Source: Alphaproteobacteria bacterium
GTDB lineage: Bacteria > Pseudomonadota > Alphaproteobacteria > G963923945
Direction of reading: 5' to 3'
DNA length: 64,000 nucleotides
Assembly: GCA_963923945.1 (NCBI GenBank)
Contig: OZ000551.1
Location: 136,704-200,703 of the forward strand
Under the pieces are notes generated by a model, which was given only the letters and a program-made list of their open reading frames with translations, searched no databases and was not told where the DNA came from. Made by a program: the position numbers and the translations under genes. This document shows positions 43,973 to 54,397 of the stretch, piece after piece (positions within the stretch are counted from its first letter, which is position 1; every line of letters begins with the position of its first letter).

Positions 43973-45043
43973 TCAAGTTATTCGGTCATGATTGAGACAA
44001 TTTTTCATGATTAAAAATCCATTCAGGATCACTTGATATGTATTGAGATCCAATCGGTTGGAGTCTGAAAATAAAGTCTCTATTTCTCCATATGCATCAA
44101 TCCAATGTTGAGGTGGTTTTTGTTTTATTCGTATGAGATTTTTGATCTTGTCGCTCAACCATCTGCTGAGAATCACCCGCACGGTCCTTTGGGCGTTTTT
44201 TGCTTGGCCAATACGTTCGGCTAAGTGATGCATGGCATCATTATCCCAATAATGCGTATTTTCGAGCATCTTTATAAGCAGATGATGGATGCTCAAGCCA
44301 TCATTACCTATATAATGCCATGCTTGTCCCGGACTGCCCTCTGATAATTGATACAAAAGATCAAAATCAAGTTCTGAAGACTCTTGAGCCGAATCATCCA
44401 AGATGGATTGCTGGAGAGCATTTTTGAAATCTGGTTTCTCCAAACAACCCAAAGGCAGTTTTCGACAACGCGAACGTATCGTTGCTGGTAATAATGATGG
44501 TGTTTGTGCAGTTAAAATCAATAAAGATTGCGGCGGCGGCTCTTCCAATATTTTGAGCAATGCATTCGCCGCATTGGTATTGCACCGATCAGCACCATCA
44601 ATAATTGCCACCCGCCAGCTTTCTTGAGCCGCGGTTAAACTGAAAAAAGCAATGATTCGACGTATATCTTCGATCTTTACTTCCTGGCGATTTTTGGCTG
44701 AATCATCAGGGCGTACCACACAAAGATCAGGCTGCGCCCCGGCGGCAATATGCTTAAAAACCGGATGTGTAGACGGAACATAAAAATCATGCCCGCTCTT
44801 GTCTTGATCATGATCTTTTATGAAAAAGTCCCTCTTCTCCTGTTGATTTTCCGCAAAAAGATAACGAGCCAGGCGATACGCTAAGGTTGCTTTACCAATG
44901 CCTTCCGGGCCGTGAAACAACCAAGCATGATGCATGCGACCATCAGTAAGGGCACGCGATAAAACCGCTTCTGCTTCCTGATGACCAAATAAAACGTCAG
45001 CCCGATGAGGCTCCTTAGGAGTCATATGCGCGGTTGTCATCAA
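43973..45043 (-). CDS. holB: DNA polymerase III subunit delta prime
   Basis: It has HHAWLFHGPEGIGKATLA and a degenerate clamp-loader AAA+ layout. Its position between tmk and metG fits. Confidence 0.8.
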   Translation of the reverse strand: MMTTAHMTPKEPHRADVLFGHQEAEAVLSRALTDGRMHHAWLFHGPEGIGKATLAYRLARYLFAENQQEKRDFFIKDHDQDKSGHDFYVPSTHPVFKHIAAGAQPDLCVVRPDDSAKNRQEVKIEDIRRIIAFFSLTAAQESWRVAIIDGADRCNTNAANALLKILEEPPPQSLLILTAQTPSLLPATIRSRCRKLPLGCLEKPDFKNALQQSILDDSAQESSELDFDLLYQLSEGSPGQAWHYIGNDGLSIHHLLIKMLENTHYWDNDAMHHLAERIGQAKNAQRTVRVILSRWLSDKIKNLIRIKQKPPQHWIDAYGEIETLFSDSNRLDLNTYQVILNGFLIMKNCLNHDRIT

Positions 45044-45081
45044 TACAATGAGGTCGTAAGAATCAAAAAAACCAAGAACAA

Positions 45082-45735
45082 TTATCTGGGTAGAGAAATA
45101 GAAAAGCGATTCTCAACCGCAGAAAAAACAGCATTCCGGATATCAATCATATCACCACCGGCATCAATGATGACACATCTTTCCGCCTCATCATGCCCAA
45201 TATCCAAGAAAGATTGTCGGATCATTTGATGATACGTCATATCCAATGATTCATAGCGGTCGGCAGCCCCACGGGTTTGGGTGCGGGCCAGCCCTTTTTC
45301 TGGTGCAATATCCAGAATGAGTGTGATATCGGGTTTTCTTTGATCTGTGGCTATTGAAGTCAAAAAAGCCACAACCGATGAATCAACACCTAAAGCGGCC
45401 CCTTGATAGGCCTGTGTCGAGTCAGAAAAGCGATCACAGACCACCCATTGCCCGGCTTCCAAAGCCGGTTTCATCGCTTTGGTCCAATGTTCTCTACGGG
45501 CTGCTGCATGCAGCAATGTTTCACTCATTGGATCAAAGGGTTCTTGCCGTTGCGTCACCAAAAGGTGACGAATCTCTTCGGCAACCGGGACACCCCCAGG
45601 CTCACGGGTGAGAAGACAATCAATGCCAATCTCGGCTAAGGCATCAGCCAAAAGCTTCGCTTGGGTGGATTTCCCCCCTCCTTCACCCCCTTCTAAAGTA
45701 ATCAATCGACCATGTGGTTGCTGAGATTCAGTCAT
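45082..45735 (-). CDS. tmk: dTMP kinase
   Basis: It has the P-loop ITLEGGEGGGKSTQ and the DRF motif. The ATG at 45735 is preferred, though the ORF is open to 45753. Confidence 0.88.
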   Translation of the reverse strand: MTESQQPHGRLITLEGGEGGGKSTQAKLLADALAEIGIDCLLTREPGGVPVAEEIRHLLVTQRQEPFDPMSETLLHAAARREHWTKAMKPALEAGQWVVCDRFSDSTQAYQGAALGVDSSVVAFLTSIATDQRKPDITLILDIAPEKGLARTQTRGAADRYESLDMTYHQMIRQSFLDIGHDEAERCVIIDAGGDMIDIRNAVFSAVENRFSISLPR

Positions 45736-45800
45736 AGGAAAACCGAATACCAAAAATCACATGACAACAATGACATAAAAGCAATGACAGCAAACGGTAT

Positions 45801-46964
45801 CTAGGAGCTCTCGCCCCACAGAATATAATTGACCACAGCATTCAAACGGCCAAACAATCCCAAGCTGTTGACATCAATCCCGGATTGAAGAGGAAGATCA
45901 ATAATATGACGATCTGCAGCAAAAATTTGCATTGTCGCAAGTATTTGACCTTTGTGAATGGGGGCCGGGATCGGTTCATCAAGTGTCACTTCAACCCGCA
46001 TATTTTGGCGAGAAGATTTGGGAAGCGACACAATCAGGGAATTCTCAATGACCAGCGGCACAGCTGATACATCACCCAACCATACCGGTGCTTCTGTTAC
46101 GGTTTCACCAGCAACAAACAGCGGATAATTAGCAAATTCTCGAAACCCCCATTCTAAAAGTTTTTTTGCTTGTTCAGAGCGCGCCCGGGCATTTTCAAGG
46201 CCATTGATCACCATGATCAAGCGTCGTCCATCGCGGGTTGCTGAAGCGGCCAACCCATAGCCACCAGCTTCAGTATGGCCGGTTTTTAAACCATCTGCTC
46301 CCGACATCGTGTAGAGTAGCGGGTTACGGTTTCTTTGTTTGATATCGCCATAAGTAAAATTCTTTTCGCTGTAATAATGATAATATTCAGGAAAATCTTT
46401 AATGGTACGTATAATCAGAAAAGCCAGATCACGTGCTGTCATGAGGTGTCCGTCATCGGGCCAGCCGGTCGCATTTTTGAAGGTCGAATTTTCAAGACCA
46501 AGATTCTGGGCTTCGCGGGACATTTCTTCAGCAAAGGATTCCTCAGATCCCGAGATGCCCTCAGCAATAACAATCGATGCGTCATTTCCCGATTGAACAA
46601 TAATACCACGGAGTAAATCTTCGACTGAGACTTTATCTCCCTCACGGACAAACATCTTTGAGCCGCCTTTTTTCCAGGCTTTCACACTGACGGGAAAGAG
46701 ATCATCCAAAGATAAACGACCATCATTCAATCGCTTGAAGACCATATAAACAGTCATCATCTTGCTCATTGAGCTGGGAGGCATTGGCTGATCAGCATTT
46801 TTGGCGTACAGCACGGCTCCGGTCTGGAAATCAATCAGGATTGCTTGTTTGGCAGTGGTTTCGAAACTGGTGACCGTATTGGCGTAGGATGGTGTGGCTG
46901 CCCATACTATGCCCAACAAAAACATACTGATAATTATCTGAATTTTAAGGCTGATTTTTATCAT
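45801..46964 (-). CDS. dacC: D-alanyl-D-alanine carboxypeptidase (PBP5/6 family)
   Basis: It has the motifs SxxK (SMSK), SGN (QSGND) and KTG (LKTGHT), plus a signal peptide from the ATG at 46964. The ORF is open to 47018. Confidence 0.85.
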   Translation of the reverse strand: MIKISLKIQIIISMFLLGIVWAATPSYANTVTSFETTAKQAILIDFQTGAVLYAKNADQPMPPSSMSKMMTVYMVFKRLNDGRLSLDDLFPVSVKAWKKGGSKMFVREGDKVSVEDLLRGIIVQSGNDASIVIAEGISGSEESFAEEMSREAQNLGLENSTFKNATGWPDDGHLMTARDLAFLIIRTIKDFPEYYHYYSEKNFTYGDIKQRNRNPLLYTMSGADGLKTGHTEAGGYGLAASATRDGRRLIMVINGLENARARSEQAKKLLEWGFREFANYPLFVAGETVTEAPVWLGDVSAVPLVIENSLIVSLPKSSRQNMRVEVTLDEPIPAPIHKGQILATMQIFAADRHIIDLPLQSGIDVNSLGLFGRLNAVVNYILWGESS

Positions 46965-47020
46965 GAGAGGATCATTTTCCAATGAGGCGTTTTTGGTCTG
47001 ATGATGGGTGTTGCTCAATC

Positions 47021-48055
47021 CTAATCAATCACTGTGATGCGGGCATCCGAATGGCCAGAGCGGATCACCTGTTCCAGGATTGAATCCGCTTGGGTGACAT
47101 CACTTAGAGGGCCAACCCTGACCCGGTAAAACAGATTCTCACCGATGGTTGTTGGGGCAATGTTTGCTTGACCAAAAGACTGCAAAAAATGCTTTAATTT
47201 ATTGGCATTACGTAGATCAAGAAACGCCCCTGCTTGGACATACATGAAGCTGGGTTTTACCGGCTTCTGGTCAAAGGGAGGATCTTTCTCATCCAAAGAC
47301 ATCGTTTCTTCGGGGACGGGTTGCTGGAGGAGAGCCAGCGCTGAATGCGGTTTATCGGTTTCTGATTCTGCCTTCGATGCTGAGTCATCTTTTAAGGGCG
47401 TGGCATCCAAATCTCTCTGCGTGACCGGCTCTAACGGAGACCCCTCTCCTTCTTGGATTGTTGTTATCATACTGGAAGAATCAGCCAATTGCACGCGACC
47501 CCCGCCAGCACGTCGAGCCACTTGTCGGCTTTTATCGGCCAAAATGGTGACTCGTACACGCGCTATGCCTTGTTTTTTGAAGCCTAAAATTTCCGCCGCC
47601 CGACGCGATAAATCAATGATACGTCCGTGAACAAACGGACCCCGATCATTGATTCGGATATCCAATGCCCGACCATTTTCAAGATTGGTCACCCGGACAA
47701 AACTTGGTAAAGGCAATGTTTTATGGGCTGCCGAGACCAAATTCATGTCAAAACGTTCACCATTAGCGGTCGGTTTGCCATGAAATTGAGGGCCGTACCA
47801 AGACGCGATACCGGTCTCATCATAATGATAATTGACCTTTGGATAATACCAAACACCGTTGATTTCATAAGGTTTTCCAACTTTATATGTCACATCAGAT
47901 GATGCATGATCAGGATCGTCACCCATTGTTTTCGCAACATGAGACAGCAAACTGATTTCAGAGCAACCACATACCAAAAACAGCATACCGATGATCAGCC
48001 CATTGCAAATTTTCCTATTGCGAATCTTGATGGCTTTCTCAGAGAACAAGAACAT
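47021..48055 (-). CDS. rlpA: Septal ring lytic transglycosylase RlpA-family lipoprotein with a SPOR domain
   Basis: It has a lipobox-like FLVCGC, a double-psi beta-barrel region GIASWYG..TANGE..VTNLENGR..RINDRGPF, and a C-terminal SPOR-like region. Confidence 0.85.
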   Translation of the reverse strand: MFLFSEKAIKIRNRKICNGLIIGMLFLVCGCSEISLLSHVAKTMGDDPDHASSDVTYKVGKPYEINGVWYYPKVNYHYDETGIASWYGPQFHGKPTANGERFDMNLVSAAHKTLPLPSFVRVTNLENGRALDIRINDRGPFVHGRIIDLSRRAAEILGFKKQGIARVRVTILADKSRQVARRAGGGRVQLADSSSMITTIQEGEGSPLEPVTQRDLDATPLKDDSASKAESETDKPHSALALLQQPVPEETMSLDEKDPPFDQKPVKPSFMYVQAGAFLDLRNANKLKHFLQSFGQANIAPTTIGENLFYRVRVGPLSDVTQADSILEQVIRSGHSDARITVID

Positions 48056-49105
48056 CTAAAATCCCTTCAAGTGATCAGCGATTGTTCCCACCGCAATCGC
48101 GAAAAAATTAGAGCGATTCCATTTCAAAAGAGCCCGATAATTATCATAAATCAGGAAGGCGCGTTTTCCCATTCCTTCCGGCAAGACAATCGATCCTCTA
48201 ATATCACGTTGAGGTAAATCGCGTCCATCCAACCGCCGGACACCCAGGGCTTGCCATTCTGCCAAAGAGCGGGCCTTTTCAGACTCCCGCCCGGCCCATT
48301 GAGCATCAAAATCATCTGGAAGGCTGACCTCCCTTCCCCAAGTCAGATCATCACTCCAACCAACATTTTTTAGATAATGCGCACCCGAAGCCAAAGCATC
48401 AGCATGACTGCCCCAAAGGTCGCGCCGACCATCATCATCAAAGTCAACCGCATAATTGACGAAAGTCGATGGCATAAATTGTGTTTGTCCCATCGCCCCA
48501 GCCCATGAGCCGCGCATCCGATCTGCTGTGATATGGCCTTTATCAAGAATGGTTAAAGCATCAAATAATTGATCGCGAAAAAATGCCGAACGTCGGCCAT
48601 CATAGGCCAGTGTTGCCAGAGCAGGGATGACATCAAAGCCGCCGCTGATCGCGCCAAAATTGGTCTCAACACCCCATAAGGCAACCAAAAATCGCGGTTG
48701 AACGCCATAAAGGGATTCGATACGTGACAAAAGGGTGCGGTTGGCTTGTAATTTTTCTCGTGCTTGGCGAATACGGGTTGGTGACGCGACTCGCTTGAGA
48801 TATTCCGCCAGGGTGAGCTTGAATTCCGGCTGTGCCCGATCCAACTCAATCACCCGCGGGATGGGTTTTAGATCATTGAGGACATCCAGAGTTGTTGGTT
48901 TGATGCCTTTTTCAAGAGCCTCAGCCCGCAGATTAGCCAGCCAGCTTTGCCAGCCCTTCTCTTCTGGCATTATGGTTGGCTGAACAGACAAATCCGGCCC
49001 AGCAACATCCTGGCTTTGTGCATGATGAGGAATGCTGACAATCGCCACCATAAGCAGGGCAAGGGTGAAATAAAAATTAAAGGGTTGAAAAATCATCAAT
49101 ATCAC
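48056..49105 (-). CDS. mltB: Lytic murein transglycosylase (MltB/SLT_2 family)
   Basis: It has the motifs GVETNFG and AGAMGQTQFMPSTF, and a signal peptide. Confidence 0.85.
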   Translation of the reverse strand: MILMIFQPFNFYFTLALLMVAIVSIPHHAQSQDVAGPDLSVQPTIMPEEKGWQSWLANLRAEALEKGIKPTTLDVLNDLKPIPRVIELDRAQPEFKLTLAEYLKRVASPTRIRQAREKLQANRTLLSRIESLYGVQPRFLVALWGVETNFGAISGGFDVIPALATLAYDGRRSAFFRDQLFDALTILDKGHITADRMRGSWAGAMGQTQFMPSTFVNYAVDFDDDGRRDLWGSHADALASGAHYLKNVGWSDDLTWGREVSLPDDFDAQWAGRESEKARSLAEWQALGVRRLDGRDLPQRDIRGSIVLPEGMGKRAFLIYDNYRALLKWNRSNFFAIAVGTIADHLKGF

Positions 49106-49140
49106 GAGAGAAAAAACAGTGTTACAAAGCCAATTACGTA

Positions 49141-49186
49141 ATCAATATTAAACCGGATCAATATTAAACCGGATCAATATTAAGAC
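49141..49186. repeat. 16-bp tandem repeat ATCAATATTAAACCGG, about 2.8 copies
   Basis: Read directly from the sequence, in the AT-rich spacer between mltB and the egt cluster. Confidence 0.85.
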
Positions 49187-49298
49187 ATATAATAAAACAT
49201 ATAATACGGAACCGATGATTCCTATTTATAATAATAAAATTATTATATTTATATTCTTGTTTGGATGATGTCCCAATTATTTTCTCTGCCCAATATCT

Positions 49299-50537
49299 TT
49301 ATTTACGGTTAGTCATTTCAGAAATCGTTTGAACAAAATAATCCACCTCATTTTCACTGTTATAGTAATGGATAGAAGCCCGCACCAGGGGCGGCAAGCA
49401 GCGCATATGTGCATCATATGCCGTCATTTCCGGATTTGATACACTGATATGAATTCCTTTTTCCCGTAATTGATGTTTCAAGATATCGGCTTGCAGAACC
49501 GGGTGGCTGAAACCGACGATTCCGCCTTTTTTTCTGCCTTTATCACGGATGGTTATTTGGTCAATCTCACCCAACCCGTACCGTAGCCGCTCAGCCAAAA
49601 TCGCAATACGGGCCTCAATTTGATCCAGACCCCATTCAAGAGCATAGTCAATGGCGGCGGCCAATCCCAGCCGCAGAGCGATACTGGATTCCCAAAGTTC
49701 ATAACGTTTGGCATCCGAACGCAGACGATAACCAGGATTCATATCTCGGCTATGACTCTCAAGGAAATGATCAGACAGGCTTTCGGATTGTACGCCGCGC
49801 ATATCAAACATGAGCGGTTCGACCCAAGACCGCGCATGAGGGGAAATATAAAGCAATCCACTGCCCCGTGGACCGCGTAAATATTTGCGCCCCGTCAAAG
49901 CCAGCATATCACAGCCCAACACCGTGACATCCAAGGGGATTTGTCCTGCTGACTGACACGCATCAAGAAGATAAGGGGTGCCGTTTTGCCGGGCCAAACG
50001 TCCCACCTCTGCAGCTGGATTGATTAAACCACAATTTGTCGGTGCATGGGTTAAAGCGATCAGCCCCACTTGCGGTCGTAAGCGCCGCTCAAGATCAACC
50101 AAGCAAACCGCACCTTCAGCATCATCGGCAACGACTTCAATTTTAAGATTATGGTATCTAGCGGCCCGCGAAAACGCCAGAATGCCGCTTCCATATTCGG
50201 CTTGCCCAGTCAAAATTACTTGGCCTGGTTGCAATCGTCCAGAAGCCAATAATCCCTCAAAGGCCAGAAACCAGGCATGGGTTGCACTCTGGCAATAAGC
50301 AATATCTTCAGGCGGGCAATTGAGAAATTTCCCGCCCAGAATGTAGAATTCCTCAATGCGTTCTTGAGCCTCTTCAGCCGCTTCATAGCCGCCGACTTCA
50401 GCTTCCCGACGCAGATAGCCAATAATGGTTTCCAGAATTTTGACCGGCGGCAATGCCGCACCAGCATTGTTAAAATGAACAATGCTTTCACAGCCCGGTG
50501 TTTCACGCCGCGCCCGGTCAAGATCAAAAGATATCAA
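49299..50537 (-). CDS. Class V PLP-dependent aminotransferase/C-S lyase-like protein (EgtE-like by position)
   Basis: It shows class V fold features (HFNNAGAA, LTGRKYLRGPRG around the presumed PLP lysine). It starts 25 bp after the egtD stop on the same strand. Confidence 0.65.
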   Translation of the reverse strand: MISFDLDRARRETPGCESIVHFNNAGAALPPVKILETIIGYLRREAEVGGYEAAEEAQERIEEFYILGGKFLNCPPEDIAYCQSATHAWFLAFEGLLASGRLQPGQVILTGQAEYGSGILAFSRAARYHNLKIEVVADDAEGAVCLVDLERRLRPQVGLIALTHAPTNCGLINPAAEVGRLARQNGTPYLLDACQSAGQIPLDVTVLGCDMLALTGRKYLRGPRGSGLLYISPHARSWVEPLMFDMRGVQSESLSDHFLESHSRDMNPGYRLRSDAKRYELWESSIALRLGLAAAIDYALEWGLDQIEARIAILAERLRYGLGEIDQITIRDKGRKKGGIVGFSHPVLQADILKHQLREKGIHISVSNPEMTAYDAHMRCLPPLVRASIHYYNSENEVDYFVQTISEMTNRK

Positions 50538-50562
50538 GAAATATCAATCATCACCCCAGGCA

Positions 50563-51546
50563 TCAAGCCAGGGAGAGTGAACTGAGATTATTTTGGCCAA
50601 CCGTTAAATCACTCAAGGCAAACAAACCAGATTCGTCTTGCCAAATATTTTCAACCACGAATCCTGCCTCACGAACCAGTCCGGCAAATTCATCGGGAGC
50701 ATACTTATAGGAATTTTCAGTATGAATACTCTCACCAGCGGTAAAAGAAAAATTTTGTCCCCCCACCTTGACTGTCTGTTTTTTTTCACTCACCAAATGC
50801 ATTTCAACACGACCCTGTTCGGCTTCATAGCGAGCCTCATGCTTAAAGGCATCAAGATCAAAATCAGCATTCAATTCCCGGTTTGCACGATCCAGTAAAT
50901 TAAGGTTGAAACCCGCGGTGACTCCTTGCGGATCATCATAGGCTTTCTGAATGATGTCTGGGTCTTTTTTTAAATCAAAGCCAATAACCATCATATCATC
51001 TTTTTCCAATTCCTGAACCCGTGTGGCAAGAAAATTCGACGCGTCCTTAGGAGCAAAATTACCAATCGTTGCGCCGGGGAAAAAACCCAGACGCTTTTGT
51101 GCGGTAATCTCATTACCCAAAGCCGACTCCAAATCAAAAGGCTGCGTAAAGTCAGAGCAAACCGGATTTATCGGCACCTCTGGGTAATCGGAGGCCAGTT
51201 GAGACGCCGATTCCTCAAGATGATCCCCGGAAATATCAATCGGCACAAAGGCCGCAGGTTCAATCAAATGATCAAGAAGGATACGAATTTTATCCAATGA
51301 ACCCGCCCCATATTCAACCACAACGGCTTGCGGACCCAAACGTTGCGCCACCATATGTGCGTAGCGACGCAAAAGGCTCAATTCAACCCGGGTTGGGTAA
51401 TAACACTCCAGCTGACATATACGTTCGAAAAGCCGCGATCCCTTCTCATCGTAAAGATATTTGCACGGAATCGCTTTTTGCGGCAGCGATAAACCATCCA
51501 AAACATCGGCAAGAAAGGTCTGATACATACCGTTTTCTGAATTCAT
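50563..51546 (-). CDS. egtD: L-histidine N-alpha-methyltransferase
   Basis: It has LYDEKGSRLFERICQLECYYPTRVELSLL and the SAM motif VEYGAGS, both characteristic of EgtD. Confidence 0.85.
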   Translation of the reverse strand: MNSENGMYQTFLADVLDGLSLPQKAIPCKYLYDEKGSRLFERICQLECYYPTRVELSLLRRYAHMVAQRLGPQAVVVEYGAGSLDKIRILLDHLIEPAAFVPIDISGDHLEESASQLASDYPEVPINPVCSDFTQPFDLESALGNEITAQKRLGFFPGATIGNFAPKDASNFLATRVQELEKDDMMVIGFDLKKDPDIIQKAYDDPQGVTAGFNLNLLDRANRELNADFDLDAFKHEARYEAEQGRVEMHLVSEKKQTVKVGGQNFSFTAGESIHTENSYKYAPDEFAGLVREAGFVVENIWQDESGLFALSDLTVGQNNLSSLSLA

Positions 51547-51654
51547 AACAATCTCTCAGCTGCGCTTAAATAACAAATCATTGTTTTTCTAACGCCAACG
51601 GCAAAGGCCGAAAACGTAAAAGACAAAAAAATACAAAAATATTCGGGGAAATAT

Positions 51655-53034
51655 TCAGGAAGCCAAACGAATCCCAGAAAACACCCATCTTTGTGATGGA
51701 TAATAAAAATTGCGGTAACTGCCGCGAATATGCCGAGCCGACGTCACACAGCAGCCGCCACGCAACACCATCTGATTACACATAAATTTACCATTATATT
51801 CGCGAGCCAATCCTGGGGTTGGTTCAAAACCCGGATACGCAATATAAGGGCTGGCAGTCCATTCCCATAAATCACCATACATCTGCAGTGGCACTGTTTG
51901 ATGATCTTCTAATGCGGCTTGAGGGCGCAAAATTTGTGATTCAATAAAATTACCCTTGATCTGTCCCCGGATATCAGCCGCAACATGTTCCCATTCAGCT
52001 TCTGTTGGCAACCGATGACCAGCCCAGCGCGCATAAGCATCAGCCTCATAATAGCTTACATGCGACACCGGTTCATTCGGGTCAATAATTCGAAGCCCTG
52101 ATAAGGTAAAGAGGGTTCGGGAAGCATCCTTTTCATTCCGCCAATATAACGGGGCCTTCCATCCTTGAGTTTGTACAGCCGACCATCCATCCGATAACCA
52201 GAAATCTGATTTTTCGTAGCCGCCATCCTCAATAAATTCCATATATTCACCGCATGTCACCAGACGTGAAGCCAATTTAAACGGCTCCAAATAAACTTTA
52301 TGACGCGGACGCTCACAATCATAAGAAAACCCATTGTCATCTTGGTCACAGCCGATTTCGATGAGACCGCCAGGACAATCAATCCATTGCAAGGCCGGAG
52401 CCGGTTGAGAAGCTTCTGGTTGTGTGGTTTTTTGATAGGCTGGCTGCAACGGGTTGCGAGAAAAAGCGTGTTTGATATCCATCAAGATCAATTCTTGATG
52501 CTGCATTTCATGCTGAAGCCCCAGATCAATCAGGGGTGTTAATTGATCCAGACGTTCAGACGATAATTGGTCAAAAAAATCTTGTACTTTTCCAGTGATA
52601 TGACGGTGATAGGCGATTACTTCATCACAGGATGGACGCGATAAAAAACCACGCTCAGGACGCGGCTGTCTCTCACCAACAGAATCATAATAAGAATTGA
52701 ATAAATAACGATAAGACTCGTTATAAAATGTATATTCTGCTATTAATGGTGCTAAAAAAAACTCTTCCCACAGCCATGTCACATGCGCAATATGCCATTT
52801 GGTTGGGCTGGCATCGGGCATGGATTGAAGCAGCATATCTTCCGGCGTTAAAGGGGCTGTGAGATCAAGACTGTGTTGGCGGATTTCTCGGAAGAAACCA
52901 TGCGATGATTCTTGTTTCTGTGATTTCTGTCGCTGTGTATCATCCTCTTGCGCGTCCAGCTGATTGGAACACTGATGGGAGCTTGGCGCGGAGGCTAGGG
53001 ATCGTTGGGAATCAAGAGGCATAAGCGACCTCAT
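51655..53034 (-). CDS. egtB: Ergothioneine biosynthesis sulfoxide synthase EgtB
   Basis: It has a DinB-like N-terminal domain (WHIAHVTWLWEEFF, HEMQHQE) and an FGE-sulfatase-like C-terminal domain (GDLWEWT, RGGC). Confidence 0.85.
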   Translation of the reverse strand: MRSLMPLDSQRSLASAPSSHQCSNQLDAQEDDTQRQKSQKQESSHGFFREIRQHSLDLTAPLTPEDMLLQSMPDASPTKWHIAHVTWLWEEFFLAPLIAEYTFYNESYRYLFNSYYDSVGERQPRPERGFLSRPSCDEVIAYHRHITGKVQDFFDQLSSERLDQLTPLIDLGLQHEMQHQELILMDIKHAFSRNPLQPAYQKTTQPEASQPAPALQWIDCPGGLIEIGCDQDDNGFSYDCERPRHKVYLEPFKLASRLVTCGEYMEFIEDGGYEKSDFWLSDGWSAVQTQGWKAPLYWRNEKDASRTLFTLSGLRIIDPNEPVSHVSYYEADAYARWAGHRLPTEAEWEHVAADIRGQIKGNFIESQILRPQAALEDHQTVPLQMYGDLWEWTASPYIAYPGFEPTPGLAREYNGKFMCNQMVLRGGCCVTSARHIRGSYRNFYYPSQRWVFSGIRLAS

Positions 53035-53160
53035 ACGTTTTTATATTTGATCTCAAACAAAAGATTCTTAAATAAAAATCTCATTTTATCCTTGCATGCT
53101 CGGATACGAAGCCGCAAGAGTAAAATGATAATGATGATCAATTCTCAGTCAATTCTTGAT

Positions 53161-53211
53161 ATAACTTAGAAATTCAGAAAGATTCATAACTTAGAAATTC
53201 AGAAAAGATTC
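53161..53211. repeat. About 25-bp direct tandem repeat (ATAACTTAGAAATTCAGAAAGATTC, 2 copies)
   Basis: Read directly from the sequence, in the spacer upstream of egtB. Confidence 0.85.
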
Positions 53212-53297
53212 ATTCAATGCGTTATCTTGCCCAAAATTCACACAAACCCACCCTGTTGAATTGTTTATTGAAATCAAAAACTGCTTGTTAAAATCCA

Positions 53298-53516
53298 ATG
53301 TCTCAAACGACTACGCGTGAACGTATCGCTGCTCTGCTTGAAGAAATTGATGATCTTTGTTCAGAGTTGGCGGTTAATGAAGCGCATCTCTACACAGAAT
53401 TACGCACCAAATTTTATAATCAGAAAACCCCTTATCAACCCGGCTTTGAAGACGAAACCTGTCTTCAGGTTATTCTTCGTAACGTCAATATACGCAAAAA
53501 ACTACGCGAAAATTAA
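53298..53516 (+). CDS. Hypothetical small protein (72 aa)
   Basis: It is an ATG-initiated ORF with ordinary amino-acid composition. I see no obvious SD and recognise no family. Confidence 0.35.
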   Translation: MSQTTTRERIAALLEEIDDLCSELAVNEAHLYTELRTKFYNQKTPYQPGFEDETCLQVILRNVNIRKKLREN

Positions 53517-53608
53517 AAATCAGTAGATATTTCTGGGGTTTACTTCAAAGTTGTACCAAATCGGCCTGAGGGGGCTGTTTTATTTCCGGATTAAAGAACG
53601 ACAATCAA

Positions 53609-54055
53609 TCAAAACGGAATATCATCATCCAAAACCGGATCAGAGGCCGGTTCAATAGAACTCTGTTTTTGGGATGTATCTTGACCGATTGCCGCACCCT
53701 CACCGCGTGAGTCCAACATGGTCAAGGTGCTGCGGAAGCGTTGCAAGACAATCTCGGTTGTATAGCGTTCACTGCCGGATTGATCGGTCCATTTACGGGT
53801 TTGTAGCTGGCCCTCCAAATAGACTTTCGCGCCTTTTTTCAGATAATTTTCGCTGATCTCAACCAATTTGTCGTCAAAAATAACCACCCGATGCCATTCG
53901 GTTTTTTCCCTACGTTCCTCAGTGGCACGATCAATCCAGCTTTCTGAAGTTGCGACCGAAAGATTGGCCACCCGTCCCCCGGATTGCATAGAGCGAACCT
54001 CGGGATCACGACCAAGATTACCAACCAAAATAACTTTATTAACGCTTCCCGCCAT
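53609..54055 (-). CDS. ssb: Single-stranded DNA-binding protein
   Basis: It has an OB-fold N-terminus [14 protein letters not shown] and the C-terminal acidic tip DDDIPF. Confidence 0.92.
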   Translation of the reverse strand: MAGSVNKVILVGNLGRDPEVRSMQSGGRVANLSVATSESWIDRATEERREKTEWHRVVIFDDKLVEISENYLKKGAKVYLEGQLQTRKWTDQSGSERYTTEIVLQRFRSTLTMLDSRGEGAAIGQDTSQKQSSIEPASDPVLDDDIPF

Positions 54056-54166
54056 AACTCAACACCACCTCAACGACCTGGATGTTCGATTAAATATTGG
54101 GTTTTCATATCACCGGTTGCCGAAAAGAGCCAGATATGATTGCTATCAAAAGCGACGACACTCATA

Positions 54167-54202
54167 TAAATGATTCTTAAAACGTAAATGATTCTTAAAA
54201 CG
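54167..54202. repeat. Perfect 18-bp tandem duplication TAAATGATTCTTAAAACG, 2 copies
   Basis: Read directly from the sequence, in the ssb / uvrA divergent intergenic region. Confidence 0.9.
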
Positions 54203-54397
54203 GCTTTCGATAAGGCGCACTGTGCCAGGCAACAAGATAAACAGCAAGAAAACAATTTCCGGCATCATTGGCATGGACCCATGATTGAGCCCGGCTCTGG
54301 TCTTGCCCTTGAATGATTGAAAAAATGCCCTGAAAAGAACAGCGTAAACGGACCGATTTATTCATATTATGATAGATAGATAGATGACGATTGATTG

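Noticed and set aside
54056-54397. I looked for a LexA (SOS) operator between ssb and uvrA.
   Set aside because: I found no full GAAC-N7-GAAC / GTTC-N7-GTTC match by eye, so no regulatory feature is called. A formal motif scan is still needed.
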